From NCBI GenBank assembly GCA_013265495.1, contig MU057990.1, positions 1 through 64,000 of the forward strand: a stretch of 64,000 nucleotides of DNA, read 5' to 3'. Numbering within the stretch: position 1 is the first letter of the stretch; each line of letters opens with the position of its first letter. Positions 49,650-63,129 of this stretch are shown here, piece after piece. Below the pieces are notes generated by a model. That model was not told the origin of the DNA. It saw only the letters and a list, made by a program, of their open reading frames with translations, and made no database searches. Source of the DNA: Vicugna vicugna (taxonomy: Eukaryota). The position numbers and the translations under genes are program-made.

Positions 49650-50790
49650 AGAAATCATCAACAGAATGAAAAGGCAACCTGCTGAATGGGAGAAAATCTT
49701 TGCAAATTATATATCTGATGAGGGGTTAATAGCCAAAATATATAAAGAACTCATATAACTCAATAGCAAAAAACCCAAGCAATCTCATTTTAAAAATGGC
49801 CAGAGGATCTGAATAGACATTTTTTTTCAAAGAAGATATAGAGACGGACAACATGTACACGAAAAGATGCTCAGCAGTACTAATCATCAGGGAAACGCAA
49901 ATAAAACCACAGTAAGATATCACCCCAGGCCTGTTAGAACAGATGTTGTCAAAAAGACAACAAAAAGAAGAGTTGGTGAGGATATGGAGAAAAGGGAACC
50001 CACGTGCACTGTTGGTGGGAAAGTAAATTGGTGCAGCCACTATGGAAAACAGCACGAAGTTTCCTCAAAAAATTAAAAATAGAACTAACATACGATCCAG
50101 CAACTACACCTCCAGGTATTTATCTGAAAGAAATGAAAACACTAACTTGAAAAGATATATGCACCCTCATGTTTATTGCAGCATATTTACAATGGCCAAG
50201 ATAAGGAAACAACCTAAGTGTCCATTGATGTATAAATGGATAAAGAAAATGTGATGTGTACATACAATGGAATATTATTCACTTATAAAAAAGAAGGAAA
50301 TCTTGCTATTTGTGATGACATGGATGGACCTTGAGGGCACTATGCCAAGTGAAACAAGTCAGATAGAGAAAGACAATGATCTCACTTATATGTGGAATCT
50401 AATATAAAACAAAGCAAAAACAAAACAAGCTCATAGATACAGAGAACAGATTGGTGGTAGACAGAGGTGGGGTTGGAGGGTGATCAAAGTGGGTGAAGGG
50501 GGTTCAAAGGTAGAAACCTCCAGGTATAAAACAAGCTATGGGGTATAATGTACAGCATTGTGACCATAGTTAATAAAACTACATTTTATATTTGAAAGTT
50601 TCTAAGAGAGTAAATCTTAAAAGTTCTCATCATAAGAAAAAAGAAAAAAATGTAACTTTGTATGGCGATGGATGTTAACCAGACTTATTGTGGTGATTTT
50701 TGCACTACATACAACTATCAGATCATTATGTTGAACACCTGAAACTAATACAATGTTATATATCAATTATACATAGACATATAAAAAGTA
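49650..50790 (+). mobile_element. L1MA-type ORF2 end and 3'UTR in INTS6L intron 2
   Basis: atcaacagaatgaaaaggcaacc...ggagaaaagggaaccc...atacaatggaatatt...aaaagttctcatca...cacctgaaactaata. Confidence 0.9.
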
Positions 50791-51006
50791 AATGCTTGCA
50801 GACTTTCATCCAACCTATGAATTAAATATAGTTTACTGAAAAGAATTTTAGGAATGAGATACTCTGACTGATAACTCTTCCTTTATATAAGAGTAGAAGA
50901 TGGAGGAATTAGAACTTTAGTGAAAGCTTATGCAGATAACCTTTCATATATCTGCACTTTTGTTTGTTTGTTGTGTTGTTTTGCAGTGAATAAAATATTC
51001 CTCGTT

Positions 51007-51138
51007 GAAAGAAAGGAAGGAAGGAAGGAAGGAAGGAAAGAAAGAAGGAAAGAAAGAAGAAAGAAAGAAAGAAAGAGAAAAAGAGAGAGGGAGGGAGGAA
51101 GGAAGGGATAAAGAAAGAAAGAGAAAGAAAGAAAGAAA

Positions 51139-51189
<51 letters not shown>

Positions 51190-51192
51190 GAA

Positions 51193-51245
<53 letters not shown>

Positions 51246-51289
51246 GGAAAGGAAGAAAGAGAGAAAGGAAAGGAAGAAAAAGGGGAGAG
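51007..51289. repeat. Compound (AAGG)n/(AAAG)n purine microsatellite
   Basis: About 283 bp, all purine except one T. Confidence 0.98.
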
Positions 51290-52264
51290 TTATTGGTAGA
51301 AGACTAAATCTCTGGGCAAGGGGGTAAGTGCTATGTTCAGATTAGACACCAGCTGGGAGATGACTGGAGGGAGTTCTGACAAAGTTATGGAGTCCTGTGT
51401 GTTCTGTATCCTAAACCTCTCTTGTATCCATTAATTCTTACTTGCTCCTCCTTTGTTTCAACTTTCATCATCCCTCAGCCGGACCACTGTTACAGCAGCC
51501 ACCCAGATGGTCTCCCTAATTCTGGTCTTGCTCTCCACTGACTCTTTACCCTCATTGCCACTAGACTGATTATTCTTAAAATAAGATAAAGTAAAAAAAA
51601 AAGCATTCCCCTACTACAAATTCTTCAATGCCTCTGCATTGTATTTCAGAATTAACTCCAACCTCCTTAGCCTGGTCTTTCTGACGTCATTCCATTCTCT
51701 TCTCCTGGACCTCAGGTTCCAGCCACAGTAAGAACTTAGCCCATTGTCTCCAAACTCACTATGCCTCTTGCTTCTGTGCCGTTACATATGTTGTTCCCCC
51801 TGCCTGGGACACACTCACAGGTTAGCCTGATGTGCCTCAACTCTTCATTCTATATTCTCAACAGTCATCCTGCCCTTCTGCCCACCCCTACTCCAAACAG
51901 TGCAACAACTCCCACTGTGACCCCCTTAACACTTTGTCCAGACTTTAAGTCTAGCAATTAGTATGTTATATGGTGATTAGCAGTGTTCATGTAAGCCTCC
52001 CCAGCGTGAGCTCTTTAAGGACTCCACATTTATATGCCAAGTACCTAAGAGAGTACCTAGATTTTAGTAGCTACTCAAGCATTATGGAAGTGTGTAAGTG
52101 ATCCAGTTCTCCCTCCTCTCTCCCATTTCCACTGCTCTTCCCCAGAAGATGGTCACTTTAACAATTTGATGTGTTTAATGTTTGTTACAGCTAGCGTTTT
52201 CACTTAGGTTCAGGTTTATAACATGGTAGAACTGTATTTTTACAAGACCAAAGTATATGTGTTC

Positions 52265-52480
52265 CCTTTCTTTTGTTGAAGTATAACCTATACATTGTAA
52301 AATACAACCATCTTAACAACTTGAGGCATTTTCATATCTTTATATATTAATGTAACCACCACCCCAGACTAAGATACAGAACATTTTCATCAACCCAGAA
52401 AATGCCTCTTGCTTCTTCCCGCAATCCCTTCTTCCTCCCCTGAAGGTAGCTGTTGATCTGACTTTTATCACCATGGTAGT
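52265..52480 (-). mobile_element. L1M 3'-end fragment
   Basis: ttgttgaagtataacctataca...gtaaccaccaccccagactaagatacagaacatttt. Confidence 0.72.
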
Positions 52481-53818
52481 GATATGACCAAAATAGTGTT
52501 TCTGGAAGATAAGTCTGACAGTGGCTTGCAACTACTGCAATATAGGCTTTCAATGTACCATATGTTCATTGAGCACCCTCTGTGGACCTGGCTTCATTAT
52601 AAGGGGCCTAAGGTGATTCCAAGAAAGACTTGGCCCAAGGGGAGATTGGAATAGTAAAAGATATGGTCCTAGTCATCAAGGGTCTTGAGAGTAGTCATTG
52701 GAAAAAGATGAGATGGAGAATGTGGATTAAGCTATGGGATCTGTCAAGAACAGTGGACTCTTAACCAACGGACTGGAGGGGAGGGAGGGAGGATGGATAG
52801 GACACAGTGACAATTCAGTTTATCCAGTCACAATTGCAACTAGTTGGGACTGAATCACAAAAGGGCTTTGAAACGGACAAGCCAGAGTTTGTGCCTTTCT
52901 CCTGGGATGAAGAGCCAGGAGGCGGATTTGCAGAGGGATAGGGTGAGGCTTGTGGTCTGTATGCTTATTTGGTTAGTAGGCAGAAGCATATGTTGAGGTG
53001 GGCTGGGGAAAGGGAATAATAAAAGGTGGGGGAAGCTGAAAATATGTAGTTGAAATTGCCCAGTTTTGCCTGAGTTCTGGCCACTTGAGAACTTTTGACC
53101 TTGAGGTTGCGATGAGGGGTAGGAGAGATGGCAGAAGGGCAGGGCACACGTAAGGAAAAGGGCAAATATTGTCCTTTTCAGTTTGTCTTTGGTTCAGGAA
53201 GATAACTAGAGCTGCTCAGAAGACAGGGTTCTCAGTTTCAGAGTGTTCCAACGAAGCAGCTGTTGCACATCTCAGGGAGAAATGTGCTTTCCAGAGAAGG
53301 GCAGGATTGAAGGACCCTTTGTATGAGGGGAGGGAGGACAGGGATGAAGAAGGGAACCAACTGGTTTAAGTCAAGTACTTAAACGAAAAACTCTTTGTAA
53401 ACATGGCTTCCCGTCCCCTTTTACTGAGAGTGTAAATGAGAGATCCAGGCAGTCCCATTGTGTGCCTATTGCAAGCTTGGAACACCCTATCTCCTGGATA
53501 CAATGTTCTAAATGGTGATTAGGTTCCCAGACTTTCCTCCCCAGGAAAGCCTATTTAACCCTTAATGTCACTTAGCCATAGAACTATTGTGTTTGCTATT
53601 GTTTCCACTGGGAAATAGATTAGGGTTTCCAAGGTGATTTGTTAAAAACACATCCTTTCCCCCCTTCTTCCTCACAACTCCAGGTGAACTAGTGGTCTCA
53701 GAGACGAGTGGGGACACTATAAGAGCTCCAGCAAGGAGGGTGAAGGGCTGAGGTGGCAGTGAGGGTATGCATGGCTCTTCAAATTTACCAGTCATTCATA
53801 TTTCAAGTTGGCTGTATT

Positions 53819-54112
53819 TGCACTGTTCAGTACAGCATCCTCTAGCCACGGGTGGTTATTGAGCCCTTGAAAAGGTGGCTCGTTTGAATTAAGATGTGAT
53901 TTAAGTGTAAATTAACCACTGGATTTTGAAGACTTAGTACAAAAGTATAAAATATCTCAACAGTTTTTATGTTGATTACAAGTTTAAATAATTTTTGATA
54001 TATTAGGTTAAATTAAATAATTATTCTCACTTGCTTCTATTTTCAATGTGGCTATTTGAATATATAAAATTACATATGTGCCTTGCACTATATTTCTATT
54101 AGATAGCAGTGT
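53819..54112. mobile_element. MER33-like hAT-Charlie MITE
   Basis: ctagccacgggtggttattgagc...ggattttgaagacttagtac...aatgtggcta...tatttctattagatagcagtg. Confidence 0.78.
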
Positions 54113-54504
54113 CAGCTTATATTTTTTCTTAAGATGTTTAGGATGTTCATATCCTAGAGATTGTTTCTGAAGGAGGGTCCTCTCTCTCAAAGGTTCTGTT
54201 TAAAATGAACACCACCATAATGGAGTCATTTGTGCATGAAAGGTTATCATACAGTTCAGAGTTGATGGGTTGATAACCCTTGGCCCTGAGGCAAAAATAT
54301 GAAAGCATCCTGTTCTTGTTTGCATTGAAAGCCAGTTTGGTTGCTTTGACTTTTGGATGCAGTTGGTGATCCAACTGGTTGGGTTAGAAGTTTTTTTCCT
54401 GGGCTAAGTACAAAAGAATATATATGTGAACTCCTAATGTAACTACAGTAATTTAGAATTCTGTTTGTAACATGCTCACCAGTGGCACAAAATATTCTAT
54501 GCAT

Positions 54505-54576
54505 TTAGTGTTATTAGAAATATGTAACATATCCCTTATTAGTGTTATTAGAAATATGTAACATATCCCTTATTAG
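54505..54576. repeat. Perfect 34-bp tandem duplication
   Basis: ttagtgttattagaaatatgtaacatatccctta x2, then ttag. Confidence 0.97.
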
Positions 54577-55124
54577 ATTTACATGGCTACTTGGCCCAAG
54601 AATTCCCAGGAACAGTATTCATCCAGAAAAGTAGGATAAAGGATAAATTCTTTAACTTGGCATCGTGTAAAACCTAAGAAACAAAGAGGGGTTTGTGTCA
54701 CTGCTCTTATTGAAGGCTTTCTTGAGGTTCCCTAGCAAAGCCCTTGTCTTATATCATGGGAAGTCATCAGTAGCATTAAAAGGAGGGGGGAGGTCCAAGA
54801 GAAGCCATGGGAAGGCTCCCATGATTATAACTTTCTCTAAGCTCAGTCCTCCTAAGGGAGATTACAGGACTGGCGATGTTATTTTTTGTTACTGTAATGG
54901 CTCCCATTTAAGGAATAAATGCCAGTGCCTAATTCTGAGGCTGGCTGGCAGTACGGATGTGCTGATGAATAGCATGTGTGCGATGTGGAACCATTTTATA
55001 GCCTAGTTTTGGATCCTCCTAAAACCTGTCTTGTAGTCAAAGGTGTTATCTGGATTTTACAGATGTGATTTGACATATCTACTTCCTTACAATAATGAAC
55101 AATAATATAATAGCTTTCTAATAA

Positions 55125-55312
55125 TAGCAGCTGACATTTATTGAGTAATGCTTATGTACAGGGCAATGTGCCAATGAATGTACAGTGCCTGTTTCATTTA
55201 TCTTCGCAACCAACTCATCCCCACTTAACAGATAAGGAAACTGGGGCCCAGAGAGGTTAAGTAACACGACTGAAGAGTAACCCAGGTCTGTCTCTATTTC
55301 CAGAGTCTTAAG
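55125..55312 (-). mobile_element. MIR SINE
   Basis: acatttattgagt...cagataaggaaactggggcccagagaggttaagtaac. Confidence 0.8.
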
Positions 55313-55908
55313 TAATGAGCTGCTTTACTTTTCCTATCAATCATGGTAGGACATTCTTTTTAATAACTTCTCAGTTGTCTTTTCTCATTATGATATATGT
55401 CCTGGAATCATGTTTTTACAGCAAATTATCTATTAATAATTATGCTAGTATTTAAAGTTGCTTTTGATATAACTGTTTGGTACTAGAGCAAGCACTCAAT
55501 GAAAGAAAATTATTACTTCTTGTGTTACCATTTTTATTATTTCTCTGACTTTTTTCAGGTGAATATCATGGTGTATTGTTTGTGCAGCACTTTGGTCTTT
55601 GATGTCCCACAGTTATGCCCCTACTCAGGGAAAGATGTGGAGTTGTTGGAAGTCTCAGTTGACAGAGCTTGAGATAGACTATTGTCTGTGTGTGGGGGGG
55701 AGTAGAGGCTGAGGACCATGGCCGAGGCTGAGTAGGCCCTGTAGGAAGAATGGTGGGCTTGAAAAAGCAACAGGGTGGTCTTTGGCTACCTAGTGGTCTC
55801 CAGAAACTGATATGTTATCTTCACTTCATCAATTTCCTGGTAAATGTTTTTCTTGTAGGGAAAAAAAGACATTCAGTGTACTCCACAGTAGCCATTTAGT
55901 TTCTTTTT

Positions 55909-56011
55909 TAAAAAATTTTAATTCATTTTTTAAACGGAGGTACTGAGTATTGAACCCAGAACCTCCTGCATGCTAAGCATATGCTCTACCACTGAGCTAT
56001 ACCCTCCCCCA
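55909..56011 (-). mobile_element. tRNA-Ala-derived camelid-type SINE
   Basis: ggaggtactgagtattgaaccc...gcatgctaagcat...ctctaccactgagctataccctccccc; perfect 17-bp TSD ccatttagtttcttttt at 55892-55908 and 56012-56028. Confidence 0.92.
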
Positions 56012-58089
56012 CCATTTAGTTTCTTTTTATCCACAACCTGTGGGAGAGGCAGAAGTGGTTTTGTAAAAGGCCTAAATGTACCATATCGCTTTCGCCGAGT
56101 TTTTTTTATCAGCCTCTGCCTGATCTAATGGTGCCTCATCTAATGGTATAGTCTTCATTTCATCCAGATCCCCCATTCTCCTCAAGCCACACCCCTGCCG
56201 TAACCAGATAGCTTTTTATTTCTTCCTGCTTAGTTAGCTTGGTAAGGGATGAGAATTTCAGAGGATGGGAGGTGTTACCAACTCAGCCACTTGGGTCTTA
56301 ACCAGAGAAAAGTTACGTGAAGACTTTTGTGCTGATGTGCCAGATGTCCACAGAAAAAGTACACTCCTGTATCTTAAACTATATTTGCCTGATTAATGGC
56401 ACTTGCTCTTTCGTTAGTTATATCATGCCCTGTAGGTCGACTAGTTCAGTAAACTTAGTACTAAGAGCCAGACTCTGGACTTGACTGTCATTGAACAAAA
56501 AACTCAAAACATTTGTTTGTGCAAGTAGGGAGTGGTACTATTGAGGAAAGTAAATATAGTGGATTAAGGTCTTAGGATTTACTATATAGCTACTTGGGCT
56601 AATTTACTAATGTTTATTCTTTTTGTCCTTGCTTATATTTGAAACTGTTAATGGTCTTTCCTTCAAGAAACTTACCACCCCCTGTATTCTGTTTCTTCAC
56701 CCCTCTCTCTGATAATCCTTTCCCTGTCTTCCTAATTCTTTTCCATGGTGAATGCGTCCTACCTCATTCATGGTTCCACATATTCCTTCTCTATTCTCCA
56801 TCTTTAGCTTCTCACCCAGGCATCTCTAGCTGACTACGGGACATCTACACTTGCCTGTCTAGCTTGCCATTAGCTCATAGCACGTCAATTATGGCACGTC
56901 CTTATGGCTCGAAAACCTATCCCCTCTTTCATATTCCCCATCTTTCAGTTACCCAGGATTGCAAGATGGACATTATTCAGCTTTAATCATGTACTTCCAT
57001 CTTCTTCTAAGGTCTGTCCCTTTGAAATGCCCCTTACATATGTTCCTCCAACTCAATCTCTGCTGCCTCAGTCCAGCTGCTGACTTTCATGCTTTGGCCA
57101 CTATAACAACCTTCTTACATAGTCTCTCAAGTCCTACCAAATTCCTGCTCTCTACCCCAGCAAGTGCTAACTTTCTAAAAAAGCTGGTTTCATCCTATCA
57201 CTCCACAAGCCTTCAAAGACACCCTAGCACTCGTGGAATCAAGTCAGAATTGCTCAGCCTGCCATTCTGAGCTCTCTAGGCTCTGCTCCATGTGTCTGCA
57301 TAAGGGTCTTTCCCATCCGTTCCCCACAGAAGCCCTGCACTCCAGCCAGACCTCTCTCTTCCGTTCCCTGAGTTTGTCTCCCCATTCCTGATGAACATCC
57401 CCATTCCCGATGAACATCCCCATTCCCTTAGAACTTCAGTTAACCAGAGCCAGGGGAGCTGGAGGCCCGGGGGAGGAGAGAAAATGAACTGAAAGCATGC
57501 CAGTAAGGGTGGGACTTAAGGGGGAGGATGTGACAGAAGTTGCTTTAAATGCTATTATAATGTTGAGAAATTGCAGAAGGAAGGGGAGGGGGACTGGAGT
57601 CTGACCTTTAGTGGTTGATTAGCCTGAACTAGAGCAAGATGTTTTGATTTAAATTGGCCTTGAGTTGCCTGGAAGCCCTGCTGTTTAATCAGAAGCCCCA
57701 GTCTCTGCGTGTGTCTCTGTGGAAGGAAGCCAGAGTAACTAGACAGTAGACAGTAGGATTCTAGGGAGAATTATCTAGCCTTTAATACAGCCGTGACATT
57801 GGAAAGTTGGGGTCCGTCCTGCAGTATTTCTTGTAGGAGAATGGGGAAGAAGTTTGGAGCAAAGTGCTTCATTTTTCTTAAAAGCTTACCTATGTGCATG
57901 TAGACACTGTAAACTCCATTTCATAGTGATGGTTTTGAGCTATATGTTAGAAATCAACTTAAAGTACCTAGTATTCCTAGGTACTTTAATAAAAATTAGG
58001 TTTTAAAAAGTGGTCACAGTGAAGCCTGTCTGGTAGATCACACCATCCACGGTCAGGTGAGTCTAGCAAGTTGTATTTCTTTAGCCCCT

Positions 58090-58256
58090 CTGTGAGGAGT
58101 GCTGGACTGGGAGGTGGAGACCAGGGTTCTTAGCCACATTCTGCAACTGATTAGATGGACACATGACCCTGGGCAAGTCACTTAGCCTTTTAAGGTGTCA
58201 GTTTTCTTATCTGTAAAATGAAGGGATTAGACTAGATTATTTCTACTATTCCTTCT
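58090..58256 (+). mobile_element. MIR SINE
   Basis: tgaccctgggcaagtcacttagcc...tcagttttcttatctgtaaaatgaagggattagactagat. Confidence 0.82.
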
Positions 58257-61200
58257 CAAAAAGTCCCAGAGAGAATTGTATAACTAAAAGGCAGGAAATG
58301 GAATAATTCAGGTGTGGAGGTCATGGTGATATCAAAACCACTTTAAATTTTAGAAAGCGGTTCCTGTAGGTGCTGATGTGCTGTATCGCACACCTACTGG
58401 TTAAAGTGGTGTGCGTTACCCCATCTTATTGGTAAATGTCACTTCATTTTATTGAAGTCATTTCTATTTGCTGCCAACAGTTTAATGTTCATAACAGATT
58501 TCTAGCAATGGTTACCTCTGAAGAGTGGAACTGAGAGTTTGGTGAAGAGATAGACTGACTTTGTATTTCTGTTGGGATTTTTAAACAATGAATGTGCGTT
58601 ACTTTTATAATGTAAAAAACAGCTCATAACATTTTTTGAGAGAGTTTTTTAAAAAAGAATTAGTCTGCAGGAAAGAGATGCCATCTAATCTTTAGAAAGT
58701 AAGAAACGGCCAGCCTCCCATCCTCCTCTGCTCAACTCCTTCTGTGATGTTTGGATGACTTAGTCACACTCCTATCCTTGTGTATTTTTCCAAGGCCACT
58801 TTTGTTGATTTTTATCTTGTATATGTGTTCATAAAAATGTCTCCTATCAGAACCCCAAATCTAAACAATTCAACATGTGATCTGCACAATAGCAGTTTTT
58901 GTTTGTTTGTTTGGTTTGACTTGGTTTGGTTTTTTCTGCTACTGGATATTGGTCAATAGCCACAGTTGAAATGGACTGGGCGTGAAAGAGGAAACGTAAC
59001 ATTTATACCTGACTGAGTTTGGTAATTTCTTTGCAACTCTATGGTATTTTTCTTTCAGTAACAGTCCAACTGGCTCTTGGACAGAGGAGAAAATTTGGTT
59101 TCTACATGTTAGCATCCTCTGGTGAAGATCAAATTTCTTTTGATCTTATGCTTTCACATGAACTCTGAGAGGTGTGCTGCTTCCTAATTTTATCCTAATT
59201 CCCTGGGGTAAGAATTGAAAAGTCATAAAAAAAACTTTGCAGATATTTTAGGCTAATCCTTGTGATTGTTAATCCTCTAAAAAAAAAAAACCTCATACTA
59301 GGTATCTTAAAGAGACCAGTAACACAAAATGGCAAACTTTGGGAAGGTGGAATCAAACTGAATCATTTCTGTGCCCAGTTTACTTGAAAATATGTGGTTA
59401 TGAGAGTCTTTAACTATCCACTGAAGAAATAGTTCAGTGGGCTACAAACTGTCAAATAAGTTTCTGCAATATAATGGGGGTCAATTTCTAAGAACTTTTT
59501 TTAAAAAGTAGAAGACTCAAGTAAGCTACATTTCTTTTGTGTCTTGGCTGGTAGTATTTCCTGGAGCTTGTGAATGAAAATTGGTGGACCAAACCACAGA
59601 ATGATAGAATTCAGAGTTCTCTGAGAGAGAGCTGATGTAATCAAATAAAATGGACTTTGAGCATCTTAACAAGTTCAGGACACTAAGAAGTGCCCCTGGG
59701 AAAGTAACTTTGAAAAAAGGAATCTAAGAGAACTGGATAGTCTTAAAACAAGTAATTTTATTAGAAAAAGCTATCTTCGTACCCATAAAACCCAGAATAA
59801 TAGAATGTTTCCTTTGAACCTAGAAGTGTATCAGTACCTTGAGTCAAGTGAGAAAGTCACAAAAAAAGTGAAATCAGGCTGAACTGCTAGAGTATTAAGG
59901 CAAAAAAACTGTCTCAATATTGGCTTGGAAAATATAGCACAAGAAGAGAGTTTTAAAAGGTGATACAAGAAGCAAGACACTTCTATTCTTTCAATGATAC
60001 AGCATCTTCCTAATGTGCATTTCACAATTTTAACAACCTCCTTTATAGGTGCACTAGCTGTAAACACAATTGAAAAAAAAACATTTGAACATACTAAAGT
60101 GTTCGGCTGTTACAGTGTTCTGTTTACATAAGAGGGCAAGTAAACTTTGTCTTATATTTATCAGAACTGGAGTCCATTTAGTTGTGAAAAGAAAATTCTT
60201 GAAGTTGAAAACTTTTAACCAGTACAAATATTCCATATAAGGCTAAGGGCAAAGACCAAGGGAAAAGTCATTTGTCTTCTCAGGAGACAGAGTTGATTGG
60301 AAAAGCAGGGCTTCTTATTTTTCATGTCCCACTGGTCCCACTGGTCACACTGGTCAGTTTACCAACATAAAAACAGTTTGTGATGACAAAGATGATAGAA
60401 TGTTAAATTGGAGAAGAAGGTTAAATTGGCTGAAAAATGCTGTTGAAATTGATTTATTCAGATTGTCTGGGTTGTTGCAGAGCAAGTTTCTCCCAAACTT
60501 GTGGAGAGCAGATGGAAAAAGGGAAATAGTTTATCTTTCAATGAGAGAAATGATGGCCCGGCTAAATTTAGACTCTGGCTTTAACTTGCAACATCTGGGA
60601 AAATATTCAAATCTGTTAATCATCTCATTTGTAACCACCTAGAAGAAGAGCCCAAGGTTTAGGATAGCCCTCTGTATGGGTTTATGAAGGGCCAATATTA
60701 CCAAGCTGATTTCATTTCCTTTAATACAAAATAAAAGGCCTTGTCAAGGAGAAGGAAACATGTTATTTTCTCTCTGGAATCCAGCAAGTTCTTTTATTCA
60801 CTGTGAAGGGCTTGCTAACAAGCTAGGAAGCCTTGGGCTGAATTGAACTCTCTTCAGGAGAGGGACCAAATAGGCTTTCAAGGGAGTGTGCCCAAAATGG
60901 GTTAGCGCAGTGGCTCAGCACCAAGTCAGAGGGACAGAGCAAGTGCTGCCCTTCCAGTGAGAGGTTCTCTCACTGCTGTGTGAGACAGCCCAGCTTGTGA
61001 CCATCTATAGTCTGGAAGGATTATTTTTGCTTTTTGAAATAATTCCCTGCCGTTCCCTTTCCGTAGTTGTCACTCTAGAGAATTTTAATTATTCAACTGT
61101 TTTTTGATTTACAAATATTCAATTTACCTGGTTTTCAAGGGGCACTTCTTTTGTCGAAAGCTAGATGCATGCAGCTGCCCTAAAAAATGTTCAGTTACCT

Positions 61201-61734
61201 TGGGTGGAGAAATTAATACTATGTTCATTAAATGTGCAGTATATACTAAGTCTAACAAGATCATTCATATTTTGGAAAAGGATTACAAGTGACCTTTAGA
61301 GATAGAGCAGGGGTTTACAGAAAGTACTCTAACCACTCCCACATCCCCTTCAAGGACAGTTGATCTGTTTTTATCTCTTTTACTTGTTTATACTTCCTAC
61401 CAAGATTTCCTTGGAGGAAAGGGTTCTTCCATTTTAAAAAATGAAAATCAATGAATCAGAAAAATGGTCCTGCCAAAGTGTAATGAAGTTCAGGAAGGAC
61501 AAGTATCAGGATGCTGAGGTTTGGAGAAGCCACAAAATTAACACCCCTACCTTTCCCCTCTCCATTGAAACCAATGGAGAAATAAGACACAGGAGCCAGC
61601 CAGAGTTCTAAATAATTGCTTTATTATTGATAAGAAGATGGAAGTAAGGGTGCAGAGGATAGTAGAAAATATTTCTTTTAGGTTTTGTCCTTCTGAGGAA
61701 AGGAGTCCAAATTCTCTCCTTTCTATGGTGATAT

Positions 61735-62206
61735 GTCAATGGGCATTTAGGTTGCTTCTGTGTCTTGGTTATTGTAAATAGTGCTGCTACGAACATTGGG
61801 GGTGCACGTGTCTTTTTGAATTAGAATTTCCTCCAGATATATGGCCAGTTGCTCGATCATAGGGTAAGTCTATTCCTAGTCTTTTGAGGAATCTCCATAC
61901 TGTTTTCCACAGTGGCTGCACCAAACTGCATTCCCACCAGCAGTGTAGGAGGGTTCCCTTTTCTCCATAGCCTCTCCAACATTTGTCATTTGTGGACTTT
62001 TGAATGATGGCCATTCTGACTGGTGTGAAGTGATACCCAGTTGTAGTTTTGATCTGCATTTCTCTGACAATTAGCAATGCTGAGCATATTTTCATGTGCC
62101 TATTGTCCATTTGTATGTCTTCCTTGGAGAATTGCTTGTTTAGGTCTTCTACCCATTTTTGGATTGGTTTGTTTGTTTTTTATTATTGAGTCATATGAGC
62201 TGTTTG
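61735..62206 (-). mobile_element. Internal fragment of a young L1 (ORF2 C-terminal region)
   Basis: Minus-strand [35 protein letters not shown]...[25 protein letters not shown]; closely matches 13690-14055. Confidence 0.9.
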
Positions 62207-62627
62207 GACTATACACATTTAAACCAGGACTGAATGAACATACTTTACTAAGACAGGAGGCATTTTCTTTCTGTAAGTCAGACTTATATAAAGGATGGAT
62301 ACAAGGTATGGAATTATAGGATATGAAAACTAAAAGGGAACTTAGAGTTGGTTTTCAGCTTTTTCATTGCTTAGATGAGGAAACAGCCCCAGTATGGAGT
62401 AAACGACTTACTCTGGACCACTTGTTTTGCTAGTTACAGCCACAGGATTAGACCAGGGTCTTCCAAGTTCTAGTTCACTGCTCCCCACACCCAACTGGTC
62501 TGCATTTTGACATCAGGGAAAGTAAGCTTAAATTAATTGAAATTTGGAAATTCCATTTAACTTATGAACCTTTAAGCTAATATAACATGTCTATGAGGTG
62601 AGGATGTGGAATAGGTAGAGGGATCTA

Positions 62628-62880
62628 GTACAGTGAGTGCTTTACATTGGTGGGTTCTAAAGTTAGGCTACCTGGATTCAAATCCTGGCTGTGTCACTTA
62701 CTAGTTGTTTGACCGGGACAAGCTGCTTACCCTCTCTGAGCCTCAGTGTGATCATCTATAAAATGGAAATAATAATAGCACCTACTTCATGGGGTGATTA
62801 TGAGGCACAGATGAGAAGGATACATATACAATGCTTAGCCTAAGTGAGTTTCTGACACATAGGCACACTGATTGATATTA
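62628..62880 (+). mobile_element. MIR SINE
   Basis: cctggattcaaatcctggctgtgtcacttactag...ctctctgagcctcag...catctataaaatggaaataataatagcacctacttca. Confidence 0.87.
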
Positions 62881-63129
62881 CCTCTGACTATTATTTATCA
62901 TCATCATCATTATCATCATTTTACTTCTGGGAGACTTTAAAAACTTGAACTGTGAGAACAATAGATTCTTAGTTTAAGATTTCACCCACCCCAGGTTACT
63001 CCTTTGTCCTAAGCCTCTACTCTTTAGTTCTCTCAGGTTAGAAGTTTTGTAATCATCTTTTACTCTCTTTCCTTTAGGCATATGGTCTGTCACTGAGTCC
63101 TATCTTAGTGATGTTCAATGGTTCTCATT

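Noticed and set aside
51005..51307. K/E/R-rich 100-aa ORF
   Set aside because: Translation of the (AAAG)n microsatellite.
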